Positions 13,950 to 27,059 are shown, numbered from the whole stretch's first letter. The stretch: DNA of 63,840 nt, filler included, from Octopus bimaculoides (GCF_001194135.2; 7 parts of 6 records of this genome joined end to end with filler, not necessarily neighbours in it); one strand, 5' to 3'. A program made the numbers and translations. The notes: generated by a model from the sequence alone, not told the origin.

Positions 13950-16900
13950 AAGAAATTCAAACTTACTGCCACTTTATTCCGACATTTCAGTTGGCTAACT
14001 CAGGAATTATGGGATTGCACTTTGTTCGTGGCAGAAAGTGGAACGAGGCTAGCAACAATTCTACACTAACAAAGATACAGAGAGGGGGTGTCACGTGGTC
14101 GTCTCAAAGCAGACGTACGAGTCAGTGAGAGAGGGGGAAGGGGAGGCAGAATATTTTGAAAACACGTGGATGGAGTTTCTTTGAAACAAAAGTAACTATT
14201 TTATCTAATTTTCCGATGATATGGATAAAAAATCACAGGCCATGCAGCGAATACTTTGCATGCCTGAGAGTACATATATATATATATATGGCTGTTATAT
14301 TTTTTGATAACATAATGGGTTAGATAGGATGATGTCTATATTTACAATAACCAATATATTGTGCATGTATAGTAATAATATTACAATCATGAAATTAGCA
14401 TTAGCTTATCTCACTCTTTCTCACAGAATCTCTAGGAACCTTTTATGGAACCCTAGTATCCTGGAGAACCCTGGTTGAGAAATGCTGCTCTAATGATTCT
14501 GTCAATCTATCAACCTGATGAAAGTTATTTTAAGCCAATAAAAAGGGGCCATGGAAGTATCTTAATAAAAAATAGTACATGTTGGACACAAAAACCCACG
14601 ATGTGCAAAATAATGGAACGACATGGTTGGAATGCCTTTGATCACAGGTCTGATCAGAATTAGGGCTAAACAGCAACAGCTATTGTCTTTGTCTTGTTCT
14701 TTACTTTACTGAAGCTCAAGTGAATCCAAAGACCCTGTATTTGGTAATAAAGGCCCAGAACTTAGTATTATATATACAAAAAGAATTTGCTTTATTTTGT
14801 ATGCATGTGTGTGTATATGCGTGTGTGTGAGTGTGTGCGTGTGTGTAACTGTCATTTACTAAAGCTAATAATAAATGTTAGATATCTAACAACTTTTACA
14901 GATATAGAAGAAACAAAAATTGCCTATATTTTTACATAACAATGAACTCATTAATGAACAGGTAAACAAGTCTGTCTACACCTCATGTTTTTCCTCTGTC
15001 CCCCCTGCAGATTATTGAGGATGATTATCTTCCTTTAAAGGAATGAATTGTCTCAAGCATTAACAATAAAGAATAGTAAGGCTGAAGATAATTCACATTC
15101 TAAAAATTTCATTAGTTGCATAAAGTCAAATTGTGGAATTATTAGTGCTTTGGTGGAATCGTTATTGTTTTGGACAAAATGTTCAGTGGAATTTCTTCAG
15201 GTCTCCACGTTCTAAGTTCACAATACTGCTGTAGTTTACTTTGCCTTTCAGCCTTTCGGCAGAAATTAAAACGGAAAGTACTAACCAAGCACTGGGGTAG
15301 ATGAATCAACTACCTTCTCCCGCCTTGTATCAAGACGTGAAACAATCATTTCTGTTTTGATACATTACATTTTTTGCTGTAAGCACTTTGCTAAATCATC
15401 ACAATCACTAGAAATATCAATAAAATATTATCACTCACTCCTAAATGTGAACAGTATGATACCAGAACCCACAAGCCTGTTACAAATGTTAAGCTGCATC
15501 ACCATTGAAGATATCTCTTAGAGAACACATATACTCACCATATCAGTATTGGCTGTGTAGTTAAGAAGTCCACTTCTGGATCATATGGTTTCAGTTCAGT
15601 CTTACAATGTGACACCTTAGAAAAGTGTTTTCTCTTGTAACCCTCAGCCATTTTGTTAAGCTGTTGTGCAAAAATTGTTTAACTACATAAGAAATCTATT
15701 TTCAATCACTGATTGAAAATATGTAATGGTTAAGAATGCAGAAAGAAACAAAATTATTTATTATAAACAGATGATGAAAAGGTGGCAAGCCGGCAGAATT
15801 GTTAGCACACCACACAAAATGTTAAGTGCTATTTCAACCATCTCTATGATGTGAGTTCAAATTCCTCCAAGGCCAACTTTGCCTTGCATCCTTCCAGGGT
15901 TGATGAAATGAGTACAAGTTGAGCACTGGGGTCAATTTAATCCACTAACCCCTTCCTCCAAATTCTCAGATGAGAATCCCAATGTAGTGCTGCTCCCACA
16001 TCTGAGGGCAGTGCTGCTGTCACATGCAATATAAGGTATCAACACACACCAACTTCTTCTCCATAGACATACTGTCTGCAGAATCTTTCTGTTCTACCAC
16101 TATTACTGTAGCCTCTACTCTGTGCATACAGCACTTGTTAATCCAAAGCAATGGCATAAGACATTTGCATAAGTTTGTGCTCATGTAATGGTTTGATGGG
16201 GCATCCAGTCTCAGCTGCTAATCAACCTGATTTGCCTGTAAATCATGAATACTCACTACTTTTCTTCCTGCATTCTCAATTTTCAACCAGTGATTGGAAA
16301 TGGCATCTTATACACTTCACCAAACTAAGCCCAGCAACCCTTCAATTTAGCTCAAACGTAATACTGTATCTTCACTCATATTTCTTGGTTGTGATAATAT
16401 ACAAACGCAACCTTATCTCACAGACTTTTACATAAATTATCATTTCTACTTCACCATAGTTTCTCTTAGTTTTGTAATTTCTCTCATGTCTATCTAAATC
16501 AGTTTATGTTGATTCATTTCACTTCCATAAAATGCAATGTTATTCTTATCTTCAATATATTGTGTTATACCAAAACAAGCAGAATACAGAATGATAAATG
16601 AAGAACAGAGAAAAAGTAAAAACAAAATTCAGCTAAATATTTTAGTCACTTATAATACCTGTTGTCTTCTACTTTGATTAAATCAACTTTTTCTTTTCCC
16701 TGGAATGTCATATAAATTTCTATCTATCAGAAATCTGCTTCCACTGTGTTGTAAATCTTTCGAAACATTTTCTTCATCATTTTAAATTAACAATCAAATT
16801 CTCTAATCTTGATTAAATTTATTCGATAAAATATGTTCAATCAAATATTACTTTGGCATGTGAAAATTCTGATGTTTCAAGGACTGAGTAGATTTTTTTT

Positions 16901-17600
16901 TTTTTCAAAATTTTTATAGCATTTTCATGTTAGAATAGCCAAATGCACCTGACAATTGCCATGTAGAAAATCTACTGACAAATATAAACTAGTCATATTG
17001 ATTATAATTCAAACCGACGCTACTAATGTAACTGTGCCAATACTAATACTAACCTTACCGCAGACAATACTAGCATAATTTACACTACTGTTACAACACT
17101 ATCACACACAATGCAAGTATTTACATTACAGTAGCACAGTATTTTTGTCAACATTCTCACCACATGTACAGCAGACACATGTTGACATATACATGGGAGG
17201 TATATATTCATGCTGATAATCTTATTGAGCAATACTACAATATCATACATTGCTGTTAAAAAGAACGCTGTTATTATCATTGTGAAAGATATCTAAAAAG
17301 GAAAAGGAATATTTAAAACCATTAGCATCAGAGACATTACGTTTACCTGTAGTAAAACAGCAACTACCCATATTAAAATATCCTGAATACCCTTAAGACA
17401 GACACTAACATTTTACAACCACATTGTAACTAAAATTATTGTCTTATTAATCTAATTTTGGTTGTATTTTCAGAAAAATAAGGCTGAGTGGTTAAGTTCA
17501 TTTCTCATCTACTTGGTTTTGGTTTCAGTCCCACTGCATGGCACATTGAACAAACATCTGCTCCTGGTCCAAGCAAAGACTTGTGAGTGGATCTTGTACA

Positions 17601-18000
17601 GGCGCAGGAGTGGTAAGTAGCTTGCTTACCAACCCCATGGTACTGAGTTCAGTCCCACTGCGTGGCATCTTGGGCAAGAGTCTTCTACTATAGCCTTGGG
17701 CCGACCAAAGCCTTGTGAGTGGATTTGGTAGACAGAAACTGAAAGAAGACCGTCGTATATATGTATACATATATGTATGTGCGTATATGTTTGTGTGTCT
17801 GTGTTTGTGTCCCCTAGCATTGCTTGACAACCGATGCTGGTGTGTTTATGTCCCTGTCACCTAGCGGTTCGGCAAAAGAGATCGATAGATAAGTACTAGG
17901 CTTACAAAGAATAAGTCCCAGGGTTAATTTGTTCGACTAAAGGCGGTGCTCCAGCATGGCCACAGTCAAATGACTGAAACAAGTAAAAGAGTAAAAGAGT
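17601..18000 (+). mobile_element. Full-length tRNA-headed SINE (family A: CORE-like CCTTGGGCAAG block, internal microsatellite, CR1-like tail)
   Basis: B-box-like GTTCAGTCCC, block GCGTGGCATCTTGGGCAAGAGTCTTCTACTATAGCC, internal (TA/TG)n, and tail AAGGCGGTGCTCCAGCATGGCCACAGTCAAATGACTGAAACAAG. A truncated 5' copy precedes it at about 17480-17600. Confidence 0.85.
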
Positions 18001-21000
18001 ACCTATGCCTTTTGTAGGCTCAAGATGAGGGAACTTGTGTAAGGACTGAACATAGGGGTTAGAGCAGATTATGGGGTGTTGGACACAACAGTAGTAAAAA
18101 AAGGGAAATAGACAAGTGATTCAGAGGTGCCTGAGTGAAGAATTTATGACACCAGCCAGCTCTAAAAACAGAAGTGACAGAAAAACAGTTACCATTACTG
18201 AGATTTGCCCAATTGGTTGAGTGAAAAGTAAAATTCCTTGTGATAATTTAGTAGTGTACCTTGCCAGTAAGGGTTCTGAATTCAAAACTGAGATCAACCT
18301 TGCATTTTATCCTTCCAGCGCATTTCTCTCACTATCCACTGGGGCAACATTTTCCCCATTTTGTCTACTGGTGCCATGAGAAACATTCCTTTATTGTGAG
18401 AGGCAAGCTTCTCCATAGAGAACAAATATATTGCCTTGTGTCACTATGCCGTGAATCTGCATTTTTTAATATGAATTTATGTGCATGTACCCCATCAACA
18501 TGAACAGAGAAACTATTATTTATATTATTTATTGATTATTAAATTTTATCCTTCCAGGGTTCTTCGACTATACCCCCCCCCCACTCTGATTTGAACTTTG
18601 TATCATTGATCCTTTATCAATATTAGTGATCTTGTAGTGCATTGGCAGAGACGTTAGAGTGTCAGATGTAATGATTTACAATATTTATTCTGGGTTGTTG
18701 AACTCTGAGTTCAAAACCTGCCAAGACCACCTTTGCTATTCATTTTACCAAGAATTGATACATAAAGTACCAATCAAGGACAATGGTCAGGCAGAATCGT
18801 TAGAGCATCAGACAAAATGTCTTTCAGTATTTGTTCTTATTTTTTACATTTTGAGTTCAAATCTATCCCTGGCTCACTTTGCTGGCAGACTGACTTCATT
18901 GGCTCACTTAACCTCATCACCTGGGCCCTCTTGGTCATCTCTTATGGAGTTTTGTTCATTTATACCAGGCCTTTGGTTTAAGGATATCTTTCTCCATCCA
19001 CCCCTACCAACCTCAGACACACTGTAAGGGGTGGTGGGCACTACCCTCACTCTTGTCCAAGTGATAAAACAAAAAAAAATGTTTTTCATCACTTGAGTCA
19101 CCAATGGCTTAAATGAAAGTATAAGTGGTTGAGTATCCAGCAGACGCATGTACCCTTATAGTCATAATGCAGTTCGTGGAAAGGTTGAACCTTTGAATTA
19201 TAAGGTCAGTTGAACCAACAGGCTTCTTCACAGTTTCTGTATGACAAGTTACATTCACAACGCTTTAGATGAGTCAAGTTCATGGTAAAAGTCCACTTTC
19301 ACCGAGGTGCTACCCAGGGGATCAATCCTGAAAACCTTGTAATTGCGAAGCAAAGCTAGGCTTATGTGAGGAATCAATATTAATAAGGATATATTTATTT
19401 CTGATACAATTCTTCTTGGCTTGAGAGCATCTGTAATGGTTTCCAAATGTAAACTGATAGTATTCTTAATCATTGACTCTTAAATCAATAATCACTGTTC
19501 TTATTCTAGTGTCTTTCATACAAGATACTTGTGCACATAGTTCTTTGTTCCAAATATTGTTTACTGATATGTAACTTATTAGAGTTTTTCCCCCACTCCA
19601 GAGTATCATTTAATTCTTTTTTTTTTTTTTTTTTGTATAATATTCTTTCAGAATATCTTTGCACTTTCTTTGGAAACTGAATTCATTCTTGACAATTTTT
19701 TATTTATTTATTTATTTTTTTCGTACAATGGTACTTAAGCAATTTCTATAATTTTTTCAAATAAGAAAAAAAAGTTCTTAAGACACATTTCTATTTTAGG
19801 AAGCAGAAGTAATTTGTAATATAGAGAGGACAATACTATACATCGTGAATGTTTTTCTCTATTAATTTATCTACCCACCACACTTCAAAATTTGACCATC
19901 TTGGTTTGAAAGAAATGTAAGAATAGCTGGAAGCTGTCAGATTTTATCATAAAATAAAATCAAATCACTTTCATTGGTAGAAACTTTTCACAGAAAATAT
20001 TATTCAATTCACTAATTGACTGAAATAAATTCAACTTATTTTCTGCAGTAAATATATTAACTAGAAATAATTTAATGTACACATAACTGCAAAAATATAT
20101 CTATACATTTTTCTATGTAGCCTTAGCACTTTCATACGAAAACTGTTGCTTCAAAATTCTTACACTGTATTTACAAATAGTTCTAATACAGCACAGAATA
20201 TTAAAGACATTATACTATTTTGAATCTGCCAAAGATCATGAAGTCTTAGAGGTTTCTATTTAAAAGAAACATAGTTAATGATATCTAGTATAAAAGCTGA
20301 TAGTAGCATTTTGAGTATATGAGTGTTTGCTTGATTTAGAGATGACAGTCTTGAGTTTCCTCTTAGAATCTATGATTCTATATGTCTGGTTTGACTGAAA
20401 AGATTAATTTAGAAGCCTACTGTTAGAAAGGTATACATTGTGATCATATAATACGATATTATAAAGGCATTAACCGTTAAGATGTTCGACATAAAGTAAA
20501 GTGATATTATTCAACATAAGACTAAATTTCAAATATAGAGAAACCACATTACCTATTTATCTACAGAACACATGCCATCCTCTCTCTCATGCCTTCACTC
20601 TTCTTCTCTCTCCTCTCAAATTAGTTATAACTATATTATGTTTTTATCTTCATGCTATCTTATGTTAGTTGCACTGCAGGCTTGTGGTGATATTCAGGAG
20701 CAGGAATGGCTATGTGGTTAAGAAATTTGCTTTGTTAATAATTTGATTAGCTTTTGCTTCTTAAGAAAGTGGTTGTAATATAAGTAATCTCATAGTTGAG
20801 CAAGATATTTCTTTGGACAAAACTGTTTTGTCAGTACTAACCTTGGGTTAACAACAATAGATGTCAATTAGAATGACAATAACACATCAAACTGACAATG
20901 TATTCCTTCAAGGCTGCAATAATATATTATTCATTGTGATTATTACTTTCTTTCGGAAATATTTTTGCTAAAATAATGTCACCATGTCTGTGCTTTACCT

Positions 21001-22115
21001 AAGAAGTTGTGAATACGTATTACAGTAAATGTTTTGTTTTGTTAGCTTTATTCATAACCAACTTTTAAAAAATCAAAACTACTCTCTCACTGGCTTGCTC
21101 ATAATAAGTTTAGCTATGATGCTACATAATATTTAAATAAATAATATCATTATGAAAATCCTTCAATGGAAGGGAGTTAATAACTGGTCTCTCATTTTTC
21201 GTGTACAGGAGGAGAGCATATCAAACTTTTTGTTTTTTCTTTCTCGAAATAATCAGTATAAATAACTCAATGTTTAATGAGCATTATTTAATTTGATTTA
21301 ATTTAATTATGTATCATAATTATGCAATCATACATTGTGCTGCGTTTATCTTACTAAAACAACTGTTGAGCACAATAAAAGTATGAGCTATATGTGAAAT
21401 TTGTGTTTTTCTGCTTTCATGCCAAGTAAGTAACTCAATGTTATATTGGTTATACATTCACTGTTTCATTTCTGTTCTGTACCCATAGAAAGTATGTTTC
21501 AGGATTTCGTTTGTTTTCATTATACAGTAATTGAACAATAGACTGACTGATTATTCCATCATAACTCTATGATGAAGGCATAAAAGACAATGGAACAGGC
21601 TTTCTTTCAATGATAACCTGACTATTTATTGTTCTGTGTTGAAAAGGGTACATGATACAAGAATTAGCTTTTCTAAAAATGATGATATTTAAAGCAAGGG
21701 CAATATTTGTTATCCGTTTCTAAGGGGCAGTATACTTAGGACATAATTCTTCTGTGCTCAACAAATGATTTAAGCATATGTTACAATGTATACTTTTTGT
21801 AGTCATTGTGTGGTCTCATTCATTGGGTTGTGGCCAAGCAAGGGTAATATCTTCAATGGTTTTGAGTTGGTTAAATTAACCATATATCCCACTCTCCTTC
21901 TCTCACTCACTTTCTTTCTATCTCTCTCTGGCTCTCTCTCTCTCTGTCTCTCTCCCTGTCTCTCTCTCTCCTAAATGTGTGTGTTTTAGAGGAGAAAGGG
22001 TAACAAAAACCAGGGCAGGATGAGTATCTCAAGTCATATAGAATATTCAATTAGAGTAAGGTGAATTTGAAGTAATCAATTAATTGATTAATTAATTAAT
22101 TAATTAATTATTGGA

Positions 22116-22193
22116 TGTCTTACAGCTGTTTCTGGGATATCCCAAGTGATAGGTTAGCATCTCCATACACTGAGTATTCCATCATCAGAGACA
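22116..22193 (-). ncRNA. Minimal type I hammerhead ribozyme motif (Penelope-like-element type)
   Basis: Minus strand TGTCT-CTGATGA-[stem II TGGAATACTCAGTG...CACTTGGGATATCCCA]-GAAA-CAGCTG-TA-AGACA. Helix I is 5 bp, the core is intact, helix III is the palindrome ACAGCTGT, and predicted cleavage is GUA| after the A at 22121. Confidence 0.75.
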
Positions 22194-22252
22194 AAGTGAG
22201 TATGTATGAAAGTTCTAGACAAGGAATTCACAGTTTATAAATGAACGAAATA

Positions 22253-22908
22253 GAGTCTCAGACCCCACTTATCTGATTTCTCTATTGATATTCTCCTTCA
22301 GTTGCACCAGGGTCACCAGTTTGTTGACGTAAATCCTCTCTTTCAGGTAATCCCACAAGAAAAATCTTGTTTAGTCAAGTCTGGGGAATGTGAAGGCCAG
22401 TTGACATTGCTGTAGTGGGAGGTTATTCTCTCTCCAAAGCACTGCCATAGCAAATGCATTGTTTCTCTGGCAGTATGAACAGTTGCTACATCTTAATTGA
22501 ACCATGCGTGAGGTCTACTTTGAAAGGCCTTCACGTTCCCCAGATTTGATGAGCCTGAAATTTTTCTTGTGGGGATAACTGAAAGCGAGGGTTTACATCA
22601 ACAAACTGGAGACCCTGGTGCAACTGAAGGAAAACATCAATAGAGAAACCAGATAAGTGGGGTCTGAGACCCTTGAGGGGTGTTATGGTGCAAGTTTTGG
22701 AAAGGGTATGGGTGTGTGAAGCTGAACATGGCTGCCATTTAAGCGATGTCATTTTTCATATGTGATGTATTGGTGTTGCAAAATTTGACTTATGCATACT
22801 AATTTCCATTATGTTTTTTATATTGTATCAAAATTTCATGCATTTATTTGTATAGTTAAAGAAGTTATTAAAAATTGAAACACATGTGACTTTTGGGACA
22901 TCCTGTGT
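22253..22908. mobile_element. DD41D (rosa/Visitor-type) transposase C-terminal remnants in head-to-head arrangement with one terminus
   Basis: Minus copy WFN*DVATVHTARETMHLLWQCFGERITSHYSNVNWPSHSPDLTKQD has 41 residues between the two D (counted). Plus copy reads SRSPDLMSLKFFLWG*LKARVYINKLETLVQLKENI...HLSDVIFH. Terminus GACTTTTGGGACATCCTGTGTA at about 22888-22909. Confidence 0.85.
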
Positions 22909-22990
22909 ATATATAGTGGTACCTTGGTCTACAAATGCCTCTGATCAGGAATAAATCATGCTTTATGTCTACATACATATTTATATACAA

Positions 22991-23025
<35 letters not shown>

Positions 23026-23731
23026 NNNNNNNNNNNNNNNNNNNNNNNNNNNNNNNNNNNNNNNNNNNNTTAATTAATTAANNNNNNNNNNNNNNNNNNN
23101 NNNNNNNNNNNNNNNNNNNNNNNNNCATGGGTGATAGACATCCCGTCGCCCGATTTAACAGCTTTGTTCCTCTCGTAGAGTTCACCTTCTTGCAGGCTTT
23201 CGAATTAGGCTTCCGGTTTGAGGATAACAACCTCCTTTTTTTCCCCCTCCAACCAGTCCCCGTGGCCCCGTAATGGGTCACAAGCATTGTCTTCCTTCCT
23301 TACTATGAGATAAAAGGAATGAAAAGATAAAGCTTCATTCTTCAATGGATAATTCAGTTTAAATCGTTTGAAATATCTTCTACTCACAGTAAACTATCAT
23401 ACCGCTTTGATTTTTATCTCTATAGGATTTTGTCTTATTCTGAATCAAAAGATCCAAGTAGTCGGTCGTTCTTGTTTCAAGTTTTCGTAGCGCTAAACCA
23501 TTTCAGATTCAAATGTGTATTTTTTATCATTTTCGAATGAATAATTATTTTTCTTCTTTTTTTTTTCTTCTCTGCATATATTTGGGGATAACAAGTAACT
23601 TAATTATCTGAACTTCGGTGAACAAACATACTTCTGTCGACATTCGGTTCTGTCTGTATCTATTAACCGTTGTTTGGCAGACTCTACATCTCCGCTACCA
23701 AATAAATATTCAGCAAGTTCTTGCCTTTGAG

Positions 23732-23905
<174 letters not shown>

Positions 23906-24565
23906 CCGATACACGATTTCAATTAAATCATCGTTGCTGAAGTCTTTTGCATAAAAAGTCTCGAAACCAAAGTCTTTTCTACTGAAGTGCTAGTGCAACT
24001 CTCTTGTTAGTTGAATACACTACAACCATTCGCGTATTCATGCAAAGGATTCTGCCAAACTGCTTTTAAACAGTTGGCTTTCGTGTCTTCCCATTACTCC
24101 TTGTTTGTTTCATGTTAAATTTTTAACAAAATCCTTGGCAAGTTATGGTATAGTCCCTGAATTTAAAAGGCCTTGAATTTAACTATTGTTCAGTGGTCCA
24201 TGATCTGTATCAACGTTGTCTTATTCTAGTGGTAAAATTTATCTCCATGTGGTACACACAAAGATGGGTTCAGCTGTTGAGGACAACTCAAATGCTTTTG
24301 GCTGCGAACATAAAAAAAGCAGCGGTGACAAGATACGAACCATCAACTGTTCAGTTGGTAATCAGGTCATCAGTACCCAAACTCGGAAATCCCTATTTCA
24401 ATTATTTAGTCTTCTTTCTTTCGTTTTCAGCAGCGAGTTGTAAGGTATCCAATAATGCCTACTTAGGTACGGCCTAATCAAATGGGCGCAATGGTGCTGG
24501 CAGGATGCGAACTGTAGCACTCTGCTGAGGGCCTCCACCATCTGTAATAACTATTCTTCAAACAA

Positions 24566-24800
24566 AGGCGGCGAGCTGGCATAGACATTAGCACGCCGGA
24601 CGAAATGCTTCGCGGTATTTCGTCTGTCTTTATGTTCTGAGTTCAAATTCCGCCGAGGTCGACTTTGCCTTTCATCCTTTCGGGGTCGATTGAATAAGTA
24701 CCAGTTACGCACTGGGGTCGATATAATCGACTTAATCCGTTTGTTTGTCCTTGTTTGTCCCCTCTGTGTATAGCCCCTTGTGGGCAGTAAAAAATAAGAA
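24566..24800 (+). mobile_element. Family B SINE (young-looking copy); other copies near 4395, 15170, 15780, 18250, 18790, 33260, 36060(-), 36450(-), 37870, 38060, 39705, 51800, 62228, 62455
   Basis: GGCGGCGAGCTGGCA...TTAGCACGCCGG...GAGTTCAAATTCCGCCGAGGTCGACTTTGCCTTTCATCCTTTCGGGGTCGA...TAAGTACCAGTT..GCACTGGGGTCGAT..AATCGACTT recurs at least 14 times in the window. Confidence 0.85.
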
Positions 24801-26175
24801 ATAATAGTGCCTACTTAGGTACGGCCTAAGGATCTATTTCAAAACGGGGGCACCAGTATTTTCTTAACGAAACACTAACGAAACACTTTGAAACTTGGGA
24901 CACTGGTAGAATGTGTCATATAAAACATCTTTTACTCTTAGTCTTCTTAACAAAAAAACGTACATCGCAAGTTATTCCATGTTAAAGTTGTTGTATTTCT
25001 GTAATTTCAACCAATCACTGATGTCTATTCAGCTGAATAGAGTTACTGCTGGGCGGTCATAAAAATGTTATTCCCTGTGACATATTTCATCCGGTTTAAT
25101 CGTAATTTATACGCATATATTGTTTATATAATAAATTACGCTGTGCGTATCTATGTGTGTAACAATTTTAGAGTTCGGATTCTAGANNNNNNNNNNNNNN
25201 NNNNNNNNNNNNNNNNNNNNNNNNNNNNNNNNNNNNNNNNNNNNNNNNNNNNNNNNNNNNNNNNNNNNNNNNNNNNNNNNNNNNNNNNNNNNNNNNNNNN
25301 NNNNNNNNNNNNNNNNNNNNNNNNNNNNNNNNNNNNNNNNNNNNNNNNNNNNNNNNNNNNNNNNNNNNNNNNNNNNNNNNNNNNNNNNNNNNNNNNNNNN
25401 NNNNNNNNNNNNNNNNNNNNNNNNNNNNNNNNNNNNNNNNNNNNNNNNNNNNNNNNNNNNNNNNNNNNNNNNNNNNNNNNNNNNNNNNNNNNNNNNNNNN
25501 NNNNNNNNNNNNNNNNNNNNNNNNNNNNNNNNNNNNNNNNNNNNNNNNNNNNNNNNNNNNNNNNNNNNNNNNNNNNNNNNNNNNNNNNNNNNNNNNNNNN
25601 NNNNNNNNNNNNNNNNNNNNNNNNNNNNNNNNNNNNNNNNNNNNNNNNNNNNNNNNNNNNNNNNNNNNNNNNNNNNNNNNNNNNNNNNNNNNNNNNNNNN
25701 NNNNNNNNNNNNNNNNNNNNNNNNNNNNNNNNNNNNNNNNNNNNNNNNNNNNNNNNNNNNNNNNNNNNNNNNNNNNNNNNNNNNNNNNNNNNNNNNNNNN
25801 NNNNNNNNNNNNNNNNNNNNNNNNNNNNNNNNNNNNNNNNNNNNNNNNNNNNNNNNNNNNNNNNNNNNNNNNNNNNNNNNNNNNNNNNNNNNNNNNNNNN
25901 NNNNNNNNNNNNNNNNNNNNNNNNNNNNNNNNNNNNNNNNNNNNNNNNNNNNNNNNNNNNNNNNNNNNNNNNNNNNNNNNNNNNNNNNNNNNNNNNNNNN
26001 NNNNNNNNNNNNNNNNNNNNNNNNNNNNNNNNNNNNNNNNNNNNNNNNNNNNNNNNNNNNNNNNNNNNNNNNNNNNNNNNNNNNNNNNNNNNNNNNNNNN
26101 NNNNNNNNNNNNNNNNNNNNNNNNNNNNNNNNNNNNNNNNNNNNNNNNNNNNNNNNNNNNNNNNNNNNNNNNNNN

Positions 26176-26229
<54 letters not shown>

Positions 26230-26314
26230 ATCTATCTCTCTCTCTCTCTATGTTTCTCTCTCTCTCTGTTTCTCTTTCTTTCTTTCTCTATATTTGTCTC
26301 TCTCGCTCTCTCTC

Positions 26315-26348
<34 letters not shown>

Positions 26349-26908
26349 AAACGCGCGCACTCAGACGTACACATGTATTTATAACGGTGCAATGTTTGTG
26401 TATATATAATCGGTATGAAAGGAATGCAAGCAGAGCGTGAAGAATTAAAAATATGTTGAAGAAAAAGAAAGGGAAAATTTTATTAGCATTAAATAAGAGA
26501 GGGAGAGAGGAATTGAGACAGAAAAAGGATGAGACTAGGTGTATCACTGATAGGAGGGGCATGAGGGTAGGCGGAACTCATAGTAGATGCAGAGACGTGA
26601 GAGAGAACAGTGATATATGAGAAAGGGAACAGAGAGATAAAGGAAGGAAGAAAGAAGGAATAAATAAATGACAGGAAAGAAAAATATATTAAGACAAAAA
26701 GAGGGAGTGTGAGGTTGGGTGGCGAAAAGAAAGAAAAACAAATGTGGGCGGGGCTAGGGGATGCGAGGCGAGACGAGGCGGAGTAAAAGTATTATTAAAA
26801 TAAAGAGAGGGTAAAAGTAAGAGAAAAGAAACTACGTAGGTTAGAAATACAATTTTGAAGAGATATTTAAAGTGGAAAGGAAAAAGGCGGAGCAAAAAAT
26901 AACAATGA

Positions 26909-26953
<45 letters not shown>

Positions 26954-27059
26954 CAGACAGAGAGAGAGAGAGACAGACAGACAGAGACAGAGAGATGGAG
27001 AGAATGTGTGTGTGTGTGTGTATGAGCGAGAGAGAGAGAGAGAGAGAGGGCAGTGTGAA

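Noticed and set aside
22075-22110. (TAAT)n run resembling the linker 12-mer
   Set aside because: It is not flanked by N blocks and is an ordinary tetranucleotide microsatellite.
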